This document shows, in pieces, positions 29,819 through 46,094 of a stretch of DNA of 64,000 bases (the first letter of the stretch is position 1; each line of letters starts with the position of its first letter). Origin of the DNA: the human T2T-CHM13v2.0 reference genome, Homo sapiens. A program made the translations under genes and the position numbers. The stretch lies in assembly GCF_009914755.1 (NCBI RefSeq), contig NC_060933.1. The stretch is one strand, 5' to 3'. The notes under the pieces were generated by a model. The model had not been told where the DNA came from. It ran no database searches and saw only the letters and a program-made list of their open reading frames with translations.

Positions 29819-30086
29819 ATATGAGTTGTTTTTCAATTCAACCTCTGGCTTTCTAATTAAAAATGATTAGTTAAACACACGTGCATCTTCTTCCTATTCT
29901 ACCAACATCCTATTGAAATGACCATGTGATGGACAAAAGAGAAGATATGTGTCCATGCTGAGAACAGGATGCAAAACCTTCAGCACCCTAGAGGGCAGGA
30001 GGAGATGGGAACACACTGGGATGTGTAGCCCGAACGATGCAAAGAACAGAGTTGAGGGTGAGATGGAAACCCCTCACAAAAGAAAG

Positions 30087-30190
30087 ATTAAAACAAATCT
30101 AGAATCCCAGGCACGCGCCTCACAAGCAACTGCAGTGCTATTAAAACAAACCTAGAATCCCAGGCACTCATCACAAGCAACTGCAGTGCT
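30087..30190. repeat. Tandem duplication of a ~52-bp unit
   Basis: ATTAAAACAAA(T/C)CTAGAATCCCAGGCAC...CACAAGCAACTGCAGTGCT twice. Confidence 0.9.
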
Positions 30191-30547
30191 ATTAAAGGGC
30201 TGTTTATGGATCAGCTGGGCCAGTCAGCTTCCCTTCCTCCCATCCTGCAACTCCTGGCAGTAGCTGGCAGCAGTTATTTAAAGGAGACCAGCCAAGCCGG
30301 TTCCTGAGTGAGTCCAACCACAGTCAGCCCAGGGCCAGCCTTGTGGCTCCCAATCTATGGTACTGAGGGTCACGTTCATTAATTACATTTCCAATGAAAC
30401 AATAATTGCCTTTAGTAAACTACAGAAGCATAAGTAGAAACAATATTGTAGTAAATGTCTCATATCATTACTTCTGCCAGAAATACCTCTGTCCTTGAAT
30501 TTTCAAAAGATATTTGCTGCACCCTTTTCTGAAATATACTTTTATAA

Positions 30548-30902
<355 letters not shown>

Positions 30903-31184
30903 CAAAAACCTAACTTTAATTATTTCCCTAGCCACTACACGGATTATTTTATTTAGTGCTTTTTTACACCATTACATATACATATAAGGAAAACTGGCAT
31001 CTTTTACATATTTATTTATTTTTATCCTGTTTTCCTCTAAAAACTATTAAGGCAACTTCCAAAATATATTCTACATAATGAGATTAATAAACAAGCAAAA
31101 TAAATCAGTAAGAAAATCTAGTTTGGATTGTTATGGGTTAAAAAATGAATACACAAAATATAACATGATATTTGGTCTAATATA

Positions 31185-31452
31185 GGCTTCCCGTGCCCTC
31201 CCCCAACCCCCCGCCACCGCCCCCAACCCCCGCCGGAGAGGACACGGATGCCCTGGTCTGAAGCCATGGCTGGGCAGCTGCCCTTGCGCCTGGGACTGCA
31301 GGGTCCCCTCCCCACCAGCTCAGAAGCCGGCAGGGCTCTTTCCTTCCTGTTCTCAGCTCCCGCCGGCTCCACAAAGCGCGCGGCCCTGCGGCGCCTCCCC
31401 TGCTGCAGCCGGCATCTTGGCAGCAGCCTCTCCAGATGGGCCGCTGCCATCA
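31185..31452 (-). mobile_element. MER52-type LTR, 5' fragment
   Basis: Reverse complement begins TGATGGCAGCGGCCCATCTGGAGAGGCTGCTGCCAAGATGCCGGCTGCAGC. Confidence 0.75.
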
Positions 31453-31778
31453 ACACCACCCAAACCAGTAATGTGGCTCAACCAGTTCTGCCATCCCACC
31501 CAGGAACAGAAGGTAGCAAGAAAACCTCACTTTGATCCCCCTGTGATTCCATCTCCAACCTGACCAATCAGCACTCCCCACTTCCTGAGACCATGCCATA
31601 TTATCCTTAAAATCTCTGATCCCCAAACGCTCGGGGAGACTGATTTGAGCAATAATAAAACTCCAGTCTCCCGCCCAGCTGGCTCTGCAAGAATGACTCT
31701 TTCTCTATTGCAATTCCCCTGTCTTGATAAATCAGCTCTGTCTAGGCAGCGGGCAAAGGGAACTTGTTGGGCGGCTGT
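31453..31778 (+). mobile_element. LTR8-family LTR, 3' half
   Basis: ACCAATCAGCACTCCCCAC...GGGAGACTGATTTGAGCAATAATAAAACTCCAGTCTCCC...GGGCGGCTGT. Confidence 0.75.
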
Positions 31779-31940
31779 GTGTGTGTGTGTGTGTATATAT
31801 ATACATATATGTGTGTGTGTGTGTGTATATATATGTATATATCTATATGTATATATACATTATATATGTGTATATATACGTATATACACGTATATACGTG
31901 TATATATATATAAAAGAACTCACATACATAAATATATGTA
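31776..31940. repeat. (TG)n/(TA)n compound microsatellite
   Basis: Directly visible. Confidence 0.95.
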
Positions 31941-32899
31941 ATATTTGCAACTGGAAGTAGAACAGGACCTCCTAATGCAGAGACGAGCTCCTGTAGCATC
32001 AGGATGACTCCCTGCCAGGTGGAGATTCCGTTGTGGTCATACTATTGAGGGGGCCCCACCTGAACACCAGTCCTCACCCCTGATTCAGCCATTCCACAGA
32101 TATTTATTCAGATGTTCCAGGAACTATTCTAAGGGCATCAAGTGCTGTTCTTGTCACAGGCAAAGAAAGCCCCAAAGGGAAGGTGTCTCTTCCGGCGGTG
32201 CCTGCCCCACCTCCAAGCCTGGCACCTTTCAAAATTTATCTTAGGACATTTCCGGCAGGTGTTGCTCTTCTTCAGCTTTGTCCTGGCATAATTTTGTCTC
32301 CCAGGAGCCTTCATTTTCTTCCTTCATTGATCCTACATGTGCTGTAGCTAACAGGAATTCCTCAGAGCTCGTAGCCTTTGGATAGCGTGGTTTCACGGTT
32401 GTCAACACTGATATGTTTATCTATACTTTGAGCTTCGTGTAGTTTTCATTAGGATTTTGTGAAATGCACAGGATGATGCAGGCTAGAATGATAGGTTCAA
32501 TTAGCTATGTTCCTTGATGATTTCACAGTAAGTTATATTTAAATAACCAAACTATTCAGATTTATGCTTCTATGATAAGAGATTTCAGTATTTTTGAATC
32601 AAACCATTTTAAGGGTTTTTTTTTAAATGAAACTTATTTACTTAAAATGATTACATAACTCTCCCCTTGCATGCCACATTTTAGGCAAAATTAAGAGCAT
32701 ATTCCTAAAACCCAGCTTACTAAATTGCTTCTCTTGATAGCTTTTTTTTTTTAAGCCCAGGAAGAATTTCTAATGGGAAGCTTTAATTGTAGTGAGTTAT
32801 GTACTAGCCAAGGAAGGCAATAAATTGAATATATGCTGTTTAATTTTGTTGTTGTTTGTTTGGCTGGAGAACACTACAGTTTTATTTCTATTCATAAAC

Positions 32900-33128
32900 C
32901 AGTGCTTCCCAACCAGGGCTGTTTTTGCCTCCAGGGAAGAAAATGTCTGGAGACATCTTGGGTTGTCAAAACTGGGGGTTGCTACTGGCACTTAATGAGT
33001 ACAGGCTATGGATGCTGCTAAGCATGCCATCGTGCACAGAACAGCCTGTACCCTCTCTTCTCCTCTGCAAGAAGAATTAAAAATTATCTGACTCAAAAGG
33101 TTAATACTGCTAAGATTAAGAAACCCTG
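32900..33128. mobile_element. MER20 (hAT-Charlie MITE)
   Basis: CAGTGCTTCCCAACC...AATGTCTGGAGACAT...GGATGCTGCTAA...AAGAAACCCTG. Confidence 0.8.
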
Positions 33129-35298
33129 CCATCGACCAGTGGAAGTAAAAATTGTAAGGATTTATTATTTCAAATCTATACAGCTTTACCTCATGAGTTT
33201 TACTTTTTCTAATTCTCTTTAGGGAAGTTTCTCTTCCCTCTCATTTTGCAAACCAAGTTGTGACTTTTGGCTTGAACTACTCTACCCCACAGCCCAGCTT
33301 CTGCGCTTTAAGATGTTGTGGATATGGGCTCCATGCTTGCAGTGGCGAACTTCGAGGCCTGTCACATGTCCTGCTACCCCAGACCACTCCATCACATGAC
33401 CTGTGCATACACCTTACATCATTCCGAAATGCCCTTCACATATGCCCTCTTCCAGAATATAAAACATCTTCCTTGCATAAATACTTCCAAGGAAAAGCTG
33501 GCCACACTCTGACTACTTAAACTCCTTGAAGTTTTGTTCTATGAAAAACATAAATGGTGGTTCAGCTGGCAGCATCCTCAGTAACAATCTTGATATTTTC
33601 TATCCTCTAATTTTCTCCATCTGTTTGAGAGAACACACTTTGGGTTATCTAGGGCCTATGCCAAAGGAGGCATTGTGGATAAGTGTGGCTCAGCCTTCCT
33701 CAACAAAAAATTACCTTTCAATTCAGGGCAGAAGCTTATGATATTAAAACTCATGTGGTTCCTCGAGAATCTCCTCCATACACTTTCCTCGTGAGCCAGG
33801 GGTGAGGGTAACTGGCAAAGCAATCAGGTCTTGGCGCCAACAAAATCCCATTTCATCCCTGAAATACAAGGCCCATCAGGACGTGACATCTGTCTGTATT
33901 ACTTCCTACTATATAATCCCCAGTAACTAGAACAAAGCAGTTAAAAAATATTCAACGCAGTCAGAAATATATTTATCATATGCTGCTAAAAATACCCTCC
34001 ATTTTCTAGCTCTCTAATCAGTTAACATGTGCACATTTAAACTACATCACAGCATTGGATTTGTTCTATCTGTCTGTATGGATACAATTATGCTGCTGAC
34101 AATTTAGTCAAGTGTTTCATCTCTATGTAGACAACCGTCATGTAAGAATTAATGAGAATTTCCTAACATCATGGTGGCAACTGGCAGCTATTGCTCTGAA
34201 CATTTCTAGCTCTGAAAAATTTTAGGCCAACATGTTTACAGTAATGTTTTAGTTTAAAGAGCTTGGAAATGGGGTTTCCTGGAATGTATTGGAATAAATC
34301 ATGTATTTTATTCCCAGTTTTGGGAGACATCTGCTTTCCTTACGTTCCCCAGGCTACCACCATCCAAAAGCAGAAAAGCCATTTAGGGAACCAAGAGTTT
34401 TAGTCAAGCTATTTAACTGTCATCAGAAATAAAGAAAACAAATCACCTCTACAGCCTTCTGGGTTAATTTTTATAAGGTAGTTTGTCTTCATTCAGTAGA
34501 AAAGAATAATCTTAACTTCAGGTCATTGGCAGGTCAATAAAAGGTCTAAAGCTAAATTTTCACCAAAATCTCAGTTGAGATAAGTAATATTTAAGGATTA
34601 TTTGGAAGAATAGGCTCCATTGATTTCTGTAATAACCAAAGATTTAATACTGGATTAATCCAAACCATCGTATAACTCCATACTCAAGCCATACTGTCTT
34701 GATTGCCCAAGAAATTGCTTTTAAGAAATTGTCATATATTTATTGTCCAAAACGTGTTTATTATAGGGTTATTGTTGAGGACAATGTCCCCTTTATCGCT
34801 TGGTGACTCCAATTAAAGGCCCCAGCAAACATTGCTCTCAGACTTGATTTTGACAACAAAACCTCTCACATAAAATACTGAAAGTATGAATGTTAGAATT
34901 CTTTTTTATTTCCAGGAAGCTGAGATACAAAAATGGAACCAAAATTCAGTGACGTAGATCTTTATCATATCTTGCGTGGTCCTCTGAAATAGGAAGAAAA
35001 CATTAAATTTTAACTTTTGACTTTAGGGTAAAAAATCACTTTTATACAAATCAAAAACAAACAAGAAAACAACCCCATACAAATTATAAAGATAAAGGCT
35101 GACAAAGTTGACCATAATAAAATAAAATTTCTGTGCAACAAGACACTAGGAATAAGTTTGTAAGAAAAGCTAGTGGGAACAAAAAGATATTTATAACATT
35201 ATTGAAGATATAAAGATTGATATCCAAAATAAAAACCTCTTATTATAGAGGAAAGAAAAAGTAAATGAAAGTACAAACAGATTAAGAAGAGAAAACAT

Positions 35299-35599
35299 GG
35301 CCGGGCGCGGTGGCTCACCCCTGTAATCCCAGCACTCTGGGAGTCTGAGGCAGACGGATCACGAGGTCAGGAGTTTGAGACCAGCCTGGCCAACATGGTG
35401 AAACCCCGTCTCTACTAAAAATACAAAAATTAGCTGGGTGTGGTGGGGGGGCATCTGTAGCCCCAGCTACTCAGGAGGCTGAGGCAGGAGAATCACTTGA
35501 ACCCAGGAGGCAGAGGTTGCAGTGAGCTGAGATCATGCCACTGCACTCCAGCGTGGGCAACAGAGCAAGATTCCATCTCAAAAAACAGAAAAAAGAGAG
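35299..35599 (+). mobile_element. AluS inserted in an L1ME-like fragment
   Basis: Full Alu; TSD AGAGAAAACAT. Confidence 0.95.
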
Positions 35600-37581
35600 A
35601 GAGAAAACATTAATGACTAACAAATGTATCTGAAGATTCTCAGACTCATTAGTAGTCAAAAAAGTGTACATTATAGCAATGATGAGAGTGCAATTCTCTT
35701 TATCTGAACTGGTAAACATAAAAAAGTCAGACAAAATCAAGCATTACTGAAGTGATGATAAAGCAGTTATCTGGTGATGCTGGTGGGAAGATACAGCGGC
35801 TGTGCGAGGTGATTCTACAACATGACTTACAGGCGAGTACTCATGCGCACCCTCTGCCCCAGCAACCTGACAGCTCTTCCCCTGCCATCTTCCATGGTCC
35901 ACACAAACATGCGTGAGTGTGTCCTGGGCAGCTGCACCCTCACCTTTGTGCATCACAGCAGGGTCCACCTGCTCTGGGTCCTTATGACATGACACTATTC
36001 TCAGTGTCCTGGTATGTTCCCGACACTGTACAATGGCTCCAATCAGCCCTACTCCTGCCTGGAACAAAGAGAAACTTTGGTTATATAGTGTGTATTTGCA
36101 TAAAGACCGTTTTCAAAGAGCAAGAAGAATATAAAAGAAATAAATCTGTGCCTGTATATAGACTCCCTAAAGCTGTCTCTGGCCTCCAGTTTAAAAACAT
36201 CTAGAATCTAGCCAGGCCCTTGCCTTTCCTTGAAGCACACTTATCTGCCTAGAATTAGGTGTAAATAATTTTGTTCTATTTCCCACCCCACGATTCTGAA
36301 GAACTGGCTCAAATGTACCCAAACTCTGGTACACATTTGTCAATGCTGCCTCTTACAGGACAAAAAAAAACTGAGTATTTTCTTTCAGACCCTCATACAC
36401 TTTCCACATTGAAAATGTGGGATATTCTGCATTTCCACAAGCAGTTCTTTCTCTCTTCTCTGTCTCTCTCCTATTGTTCTTGAAACCCCTACTCTCTCAC
36501 TCTGTGATTTGTCTAAATATAATAAAGATATAGGTACAAAAAATATTTTACTTTCCTCTTAATTCTACTATGAGAAGAAAGCATTAAGTTCAATGATAAA
36601 GGGCAGCTGGTAATTGAACTTAGGTGTAGGCAGAAAGACACTGGTAGGGATGAGGCAAACAAGAAAGTCTGTTTTCCATGTAAAGGGTGAAACAGTTTCT
36701 CAGCAATTGCTGAGATCAAGGATAAGCCCTACAAGTTTGGGCAGGAAAGAGGACTCTTATTACTCTGAGGGAATGCAGAAATCCCTCCGTTTTGTTGTTG
36801 TTTGTTTTCTCTGAGCCCTTGTGATCTGGCCCCCAAGAATTCCTGTGTTGGCAGCAGTAGGTGGTGCCTAGGAGAAACAAAACCCTGAGGCCAGGGCATC
36901 TTCCTCTCCAGTTGGTGCAGTAGTGATCCCAAGAGGGTGATGCAAACTTTTTAAAGTCTTTTCTCATTTTGCCACCTGTCACCTGGCTCCAAACATGGGT
37001 GCAGCCATGAAACACTGTAGCAGAGTACCGTAATCAAAGACCCAGCATTCTGGCCAGAAAACAGAAAAGAGGAGCTCCAGGAAACCAGAAAATATTGGAG
37101 ACATTGTGGAGAGGAAGGAGTATGAGAAAGTGACACCATAAAGTTTTTAATGAACTGAGCGCATCCCCAAGCTGCATGTGTGTGGATCTCCTCCTAATTA
37201 GTTAACCAAAGATTTTGAGAACGAAGCTAGCAGATTATTATCGGAGTTCCACACTGACCACCAGGACATATCTGAAGCAAACTGGAAAGGTTTTGAAAAC
37301 TCGATTATTGGAACCACAGCTCACAAAACAGAGATTGGAACTTGCAGCTTGAATATGACAAGGTCAATTGCTTCTAAAACAAAAATAGCATCAATCCGCC
37401 TAATATTTTATGAAGACCCAGGCCTCAAAACTTAATGTCCATGACGCAATCCAAAATTACAAAAAAAACAGATAAACTGCACCCCACATGAGAAAAGACA
37501 ATCAGTACTAAGTAGCTACCAATACTGAGAAGAAACAGAAATTTGAATTACATCACAAGGATTTTAAAGCAGCTTTTATAA

Positions 37582-37902
<321 letters not shown>

Positions 37903-38371
37903 GCAAACACTTTTATACCAATGGAAAACTAGAAGTATCAGAAAATAAATAGACGATGTAAAAAGGAACAAAATGAATATATTAGGACCAAAAAATCCAA
38001 TAACTGACATACAAAATTCTAAGTAAGCTTTTTATTACAATAAAACTAAAGAGGTAAGAATCTGTTATCGTGAATATAAATCAACAGAAATTATCTAATC
38101 TGAACAATAGAGAGAAAAAACGATGAAAAAGTCTTGATTAGAGCCTTAGAGACTTGAGGAACAATAACTAAAGTTCCAACACACATGTCATCTGAGTCTC
38201 AGAGGAGAAAAGGAAAAGGAGCGCAGTGCTGAAAGAATTTTGAAAACCTAACAGGAAAAATTACCCAAATTTGGCAAAAGGCAAACACTAATTGAACTAA
38301 AAGAAGAAATAACAAATGTACAATTATGTTTAGATAATTCAACACTCCTCTCTCACTAATAATTAGTGAAC

Positions 38372-38894
38372 ATTTGAAATTAATTGATGGTAAGTTTGAT
38401 TAATTCTGAGATTTTTAGCAGTATTGTTTATCACATAGAATTAACAGATTATTTCTGTATAGCAGACAAAAATGCATTCTGAGCCCTATGTAATAGTTCA
38501 TCACAGAAAATGTTGAGTTAATGCCAGTCAGAATGTCTCTCTTCTTCCAGTACAGGGATTACAAATAATGGCAAGACCTAAGGTCATGTATGCAGTGATG
38601 CACTAAGTACCTTAAATAATAGGATATGAGATTGCAAGCACAATGCAGTCACTATGAATGAGAAAATTATGTAAGAGCTCAAGTTCATGTACTGAGGAGG
38701 CTTCTGAGAAGCCTTAAAGGATATCTGGCCAATTCAGCTGTTACTGGGTTAGACTATTAATAGTTTTATTGCCTTAACTCTCATCAAAAAAAAGGCTGCT
38801 TTGCAGGCTTTTTCTTACTGTGGGCAAGTGATTAACAACACCCCAGCTAGAAAATTCTTCCTGATGTCTGTCCTGTGTCTCTGCTGATCTAACA
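38372..38894 (+). repeat. Direct duplication, derived copy (inserted in L1 ORF2)
   Basis: Matches 40686-41517 minus the Alu. Confidence 0.93.
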
Positions 38895-40685
38895 AGCAAG
38901 GGTATACAAGAACTTATCAACTCCATCATCAATTACAAAAAAGATTAAGTTGTCATAATCATAGTATATGATTTAAGGATTTACTAAAATGCAATGGTAG
39001 TGAAGCTATCAGAGGATGGAGGAACCTCCGTTTCACCATCTGGTTGTTCCTCTTTGTTCCCTTTAGGTTAGTCTGAGCCAAAAGACCCAACACTAATCAC
39101 AGTGCTTTGTCCATTGCAGTAGGCATAATTCCTTACAACAACAAATAAAATAATTCCTAAGTATTTATTTCATAAAATAAATGTATTAGATATTTTGGCC
39201 TCACAAAAATAAGAGATAGAGTCTACTCAAAACAGTGTTTTGTGTATGATTTTCATAAATTTCAAATTAGAATGTAAAGTTTATCATATCTCTTCCATTT
39301 GTTAGGATAGTGTTAGTAATATTTATAAAATCATTTTCTTTCTCCTGTACTTATTTGACATAAAATGCATCATTCTCTGAGAATATAAGATGAAATCATT
39401 CCACAGAAGAATTACTTATATTCAGAGTTATTTATGTGTAATAGTACTCCATAAATTCCCTTTGAGGGCCTTGTTCCATTCAGCAAGAAGAATGTCTTGA
39501 TGGTAGGCAAAATTGTATGTAAGTTAAAAGTATGAAATTTGAATCAAGCTCTGCCATTGAATTGTCACGTGAACCTGGAACAACATAACCTCTCCCTGCC
39601 TTAGTTTCTCTATTTATATAATGGTAAGTATAACAAAAGTATACTTCAAGGGCTTTTGCAAGCACTATATGAACCAATAGATCTAACACATTTAGAACGG
39701 TAACTTGATATTTTAGGCACCTTGTAAGTTATTGTTATTATCTGCAATTGTATCTACCCAAAAGCTAGAATCCCTCTTCCTGGCCCCCACATTCCTATCA
39801 CATGTCTATAAATATCTTGTAAATATATTTGTTCATTTTATGCATGCATTTACTTGTATTCTGAATGCCTTTACATGTGCCAGGCATTGTCTAGGTGTTG
39901 GAGAAACTAAGACTGACTTGAAGGAGATATTTACTTAAAAGAAATAGCTGTAATGGGTATAATTTGCAGACGGGGAGAACCCTGTGAAAAAGAGAGTAAT
40001 TAGAAAACTTCATTTTGAATATAAAGAGAAAAAACTTTTCTGAGTTCATAAAAGAATTATTGATATCATCAACAATAAACAGCATATGCTAATATTTATA
40101 TTTCCTAACTATTCTACATACCTATATTTATATAGATTTCAGCTAACAACTGGGCCTTGGTTCTACTATGACATTTTGCTAAAAGCATTGATTATATGTG
40201 TTATACGCAGTGTTTGCATGAGATAAAACTTTAAGACAAAAAAATCTGCTCCGAAAAGTGCCTTGGTCTTCGTAGCTTATTCAAGACATTTATTTTATAT
40301 TCTGCAGACTGTGGAACATCTGTTTATTAATGCAGCTTTATGATATGTTGTAAATTGCCTTAACAGAAAATATGAAATTGCACATTCGAGCCCAGATTTT
40401 CTTTTCATCCCCTTGTGTTCAGCTTGGCAAAAGGCTGATACTGCCAAAAAAAAGAAAGAAAACTTTGTTCAAAATTGAAGGTAATACTTTCTTAGAGAAA
40501 TAACTACTAACTAAAGGCAAATACTTGATGAGACTATTTTAATGTATCTATTGTCCTTATTATGTAGGATATAATTTCTTACTTTAACATATGATGATTT
40601 TATTTCAAAGCCATTTTGACTGAATGACTTTCAAGGTTATTTTGCAAATCATAATAATTTAAATACTTAAGGAAGCTAGTCAAAA

Positions 40686-41517
<832 letters not shown>

Positions 41518-42899
41518 TGGCGTATTCTGAGTTCAGCTTCCCTCAATGGAAACAAAGAATTGCTTAAAAGGGAAATTATTCTATGGGTTTTGTTTCCACA
41601 ACAAAACAGGAGATAATGTGCCCTATTTTGTAAAACAAATCATTTCATTGAAAACTCTCTTTGAAACCTCTACTCAGAGCTATGTTAAGTTGTTTAGTGA
41701 CCTCAAGCACCAACACATGGACATTTCACCCATTCCCTACCACTAATAATAGCATTAAAATGTCATTTTGTCTTTAAAAGCAAATATATGCTGAAATTAA
41801 AGCCACTTCTTTGTAGATCTTCTGACTATAAAATTCTGGCTAAGTTGATTCATTTATTCTCTGCCTCTTTCTTTCCCTCCCTCCCTTAGTTCAAGCTGTA
41901 TTGCTGAGCCCTACGAAGGTGCTGTCTTGGGCTGCTGAGTTCTCCTGAGCTGCAGCAAGGACGGGCCAGACTCAGGGCAGGTACTGCCGAATGACAGTGA
42001 GCCCTGCTTTCTGGGGGCTCCCTGTTTAATTAGGTGAGGCTGACTTTAGTCACATTATCACACCAGGGAACTGAGGCTCTCAGGTTGATGGAAAATAGCA
42101 GGAGTCTACAGGATGGTTATATAAAGCGGCAGGACTGAAGGGTGAGGGAAGGCTGCCCTGAGACTTAACTGTTGAGCCTTGCAAGACAGGACAAGGACAG
42201 GATCAGCATAAAGAGGTGGGTGGAGGGTGGGTAGAGAATTCTAAACCAAGGTCAACAGAGTAGTTTTTGTGAAGAGAGGAAGCAGGGAGTGAATGAACAA
42301 CTGAAAGAGGGCCCACAAGACTGGGATGCCAAGCAAGGGAGAGGAACAATGCCTGGCCCCACACTGGAGGGCACAGTGAACCAGGTTCCACTGGCCAAGA
42401 GTCACTCGTGTAGGTGTCTCTGAGCTAGGAGATGTGTACTAATTCCTAACAGGCAAGAGTTTAGGCCGGCATTGGCCATCAGAGAGGATGAAAGAAAAAG
42501 TTTGTCTTATTTATGGAGCTAGCATAAGAGGAAGCTAGAGCTTTACTAAATGTGAAAATTTAAGTTGATGTATATTCTACATCCTGAACACCCAGTGACA
42601 AACTGATGTTCCAATATCCGTTTATACAGTGTGTGTGTTATCATTACACTGGCAAAATGGATGATATGTTTGCCTTATTTCAAATCACTAAGTTTTGTAT
42701 TATGGTGATATACTCATACTGCTTTCTTATCAACTCAGAAATCCATTATACAAAATCCATTTTTTATGGCCATCTAAATCCTTTATTCAATACCATCAGC
42801 CTGGGACATGTTAATATATTTCTGCTAGACATTCCACCCAGACTTGAAATGCACAGGACACTAAGCATATAGTGGTAGCATCATGTTTTCCTTTAATAA

Positions 42900-43640
42900 A
42901 AAGACATTATTTTGGGAGGCAGTTACAAGAAAATTGAGCAGACAATACAGAGAGTTCCTTAAACCCTCCCTAGCTCATCATGCCTATTATTAAGATATCT
43001 TGCATTCGTCTGGTATATTTGTTACAATTAATGAGCCAACATTGATACATTATTATTATTAACTAAAATTAACAGTTTCATTAAGGTGCACTGTTTGTGT
43101 TGTACATTCTATGGGTTTGGAAAATGTATAAGGTCATATATCCACCATGACATTTTACAGAATGGTTTCACTGCCCTAAAAATCCCCTGTGCTCCACCTA
43201 TTGATCCCTCCTTCTCCCCGCAAATCTCTGGCAACAACTGTACTTTTCATTGTCTTCATCATTCTGCCTTTTAAAGAATGTCATATAGTTCGGCTTACAC
43301 AGTATGTAGTCTTTTCAGATCGGCTTCTTTCACTTAGCGATGGGCATTTAAGGTTTTTTTTTTTTCCATGTCTTCTCATAGTTAAATAGTGTGTACCTTT
43401 TTATCACTTAATAACATTCTATTGTATGAGTGTACCAGAGTTTGTTTATTCATTCACTTACTGAAGTTGCTTCCACCTTTGGGCAATTATGAATAAAACT
43501 CCTATAAACATCAATGTATAGATTTTTGTGTTGACCTCAGTTTTCCATGCCTTTGGTTAAATGCCAAGACACAATTACTGGATCTTACGGTGACAGTATA
43601 CTTAGTTTTGTGAGAAACCACTTCCCTTCTAAAGTGGCTG
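42900..43640 (-). mobile_element. L1M (MB/MC-type) 3' end
   Basis: TTTGTTACAATTAATGAGCCAACATTGATACATTATTATT..., GGCAATTATGAATAAAAC. Confidence 0.8.
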
Positions 43641-44777
43641 TATGGGGCTGTATGGGAAATATTTGAATTAACATCCAAATCACACAATCTTTTTGTTACA
43701 CTTTAAGCATTAAGAGATTTGTTGTCATAGTTACCTTGGGAGTTAATTGCTTCTGAGGAGTTGACAAGGGCTCTCGGTAATGTGGTGCATATTAACACAG
43801 TTTATATTAATGAATAAACAATGCATGAACTATGAAATGTAAGACCATGCAGAGTATATTATTAATAAATAAATAATGATTATGTACTACGTATTTACCT
43901 TTTGACAGAGAGGTGCACAACAAAAACAAATGTTGATATTCTTGAAAATTTTGAAGTCAAGTCTCAACAATTAAATATAAATTTTGTCTTTCCATGTAAG
44001 TGATAGACTAATGAATCTACAGATTTGCAAGTTTATAAGCCGAAGTGAATGAGTGCCTCCTTCTGAAAATTATTATTGGGCTTATGAGTTTATAAGCGCA
44101 TGCATTTCACCCTGGTTGGCCTAAGCTGGCAATTTCCTCCAAGTGGGCATATTAGGAATACCAAATGTCACGAACAGACTGCAAAGAGAGAGAGGAAGGG
44201 AACATTTAGCTTCTGACAGCTGAACACAAGAAAAGGGTCCAACCAAGTTTCCTGGGAAAGCTGGAGGTTACAACCATCAGATGACCAATGCCCAACTTCT
44301 CTTGTTTATTTTAATTCTTCTGTTTTAATAGACAATATTTCATTTTGACATTTTAAGGAACATTTCTGTGTCTCTGTTCTGGCCCCTGATGTTACCTTTG
44401 GAGACTAGGGGGAAGAGAGAGGGAGTAATTAATATATTTATAAGAACATATTTTTGAGTAAGAAGAATATGCATAAGTTAATATTTATTAATATATTTAT
44501 TAATCAAAATATATTCATAAGAAATTATTTATATTTAAGAATATACTCAATAATACATATGTAAAATATGTTATTCAGGAGTGCATTCTTAATTCACATG
44601 TTCTTTGTGCCACATGTGTCCACTGATCTCTGTGGAAGATTCACAAAAATGATATGTAAGGTATCCAAATTGCTGAAAACCACAGACAATGAGAAAAATC
44701 TTGAAGGCAGCTAGAGGAAAAATTAAGCATTTACATCAAGCATTTATCAATGAGAAGAATATATTCATCGGAAGAAT

Positions 44778-45146
44778 TGTATTAGTCCGTTCTCACGCTG
44801 CTAATAAAGGCATACCCGAGACTGGGTAATTTGTAAAAGGGAGCTTTAATTGACTCACAGTTCAGCATGGCTGGGGAGGCCTCAGGAAACTTAAAATCAT
44901 GGCAGAAGGGGAAGCAAACATGTCCTCCTTCACATGATGGCAGAAAGGAGAAGTGCTGAGCAAACGGAGAAAAGGCCCTTATAAAACCATCAGTTCTCAT
45001 GAGAACTCACTCACTATTATGAGAACAGCAGCATGGAAGTAACCGCCCCCATGATTCAATTACCTCCCACTGGGTCCTTCCCACAACACATGGGGATTAT
45101 GGGAACCACAAGTTAAGATGAGTGGGGACACAGCCAAATCATATCA
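44778..45146 (-). mobile_element. THE1 (MaLR) solo LTR
   Basis: TGTATTAGTCCGTTCTCACGCTGCTAATAAAG...GGGGACACAGCCAAATCATATCA; perfect 5-bp TSD AGAAT. Confidence 0.95.
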
Positions 45147-46094
45147 AGAATATATTTTAAAAATAAATCATTTTATTCACGAATAAATTCATATAAATAT
45201 GTTTATCTTTTGCACCATCAGTTTTTCCTTTTTTCTTTTAGCTTCCATCTGTCAAAGCAGAAAGCCAGGTCAGAGATAGACCAGCCATCCCTTCACTTTT
45301 GCTGAGACTATGACACAAGAAAATATGTCAACCTTAAATAGCAGAAACAAATTTAACAAAATAGTCATCAGCAAATTGGCCACTCAGCAAAGTGGCTTTG
45401 TCAGTGGACCTGGTCGAGAGAGCTAGGACCTGCTGCCACAGAAACTGCCTTGGTCAGGTGAAACAACCCCGAAGCAGAAAGTGTAGGTAGAAAATCAGGA
45501 CTGAAGCAATTACACATGTTGTCATTGACCTTTCCATCTGCAGGGGATAATGCAGTGAAACCCTGCCACCTTTCCACAGGCTAACTCTCAGAGGAATAAA
45601 AAAAAAGTCATGTGCAGGTTGATTTGGGCTAACGAATGATCTTTCATCATTCAACTTTTGATGTTCAAAAGTGTATGTTATTATATTTGTGCACATGTGA
45701 AATGAAAGAGAAAGGAGCTTGGACACATGAAAACCAAGGAAAGAAAAACCTAATTTGTTTTACTAATAAAGAGTAACAGAAAAAAGGGTAATACCAATTT
45801 CACTTGCTTCTATGTCTCTTTTCTATGCCCTCAGGAAGTACAATTTACCACTTTGGGAAGCTTAGGAGGGAGCATCGCTTAAGACCAGGAGTTCAAGACC
45901 AGCCTGGGCATCATATTGATGTCTCTTCTAAAAGCACTACTAATGCAATAAAATGTATTCTCGTTGAAAATTACATCTGCAGACAATAAAACAGGAAAAA
46001 AACTGCTGTCTTTTCACACTCAATTGTTTATCTTCTGATCTGATTCATCTTGCCATTGTGTGTTGCATAAAAGTTGTAATAAACTAAAATTTAA

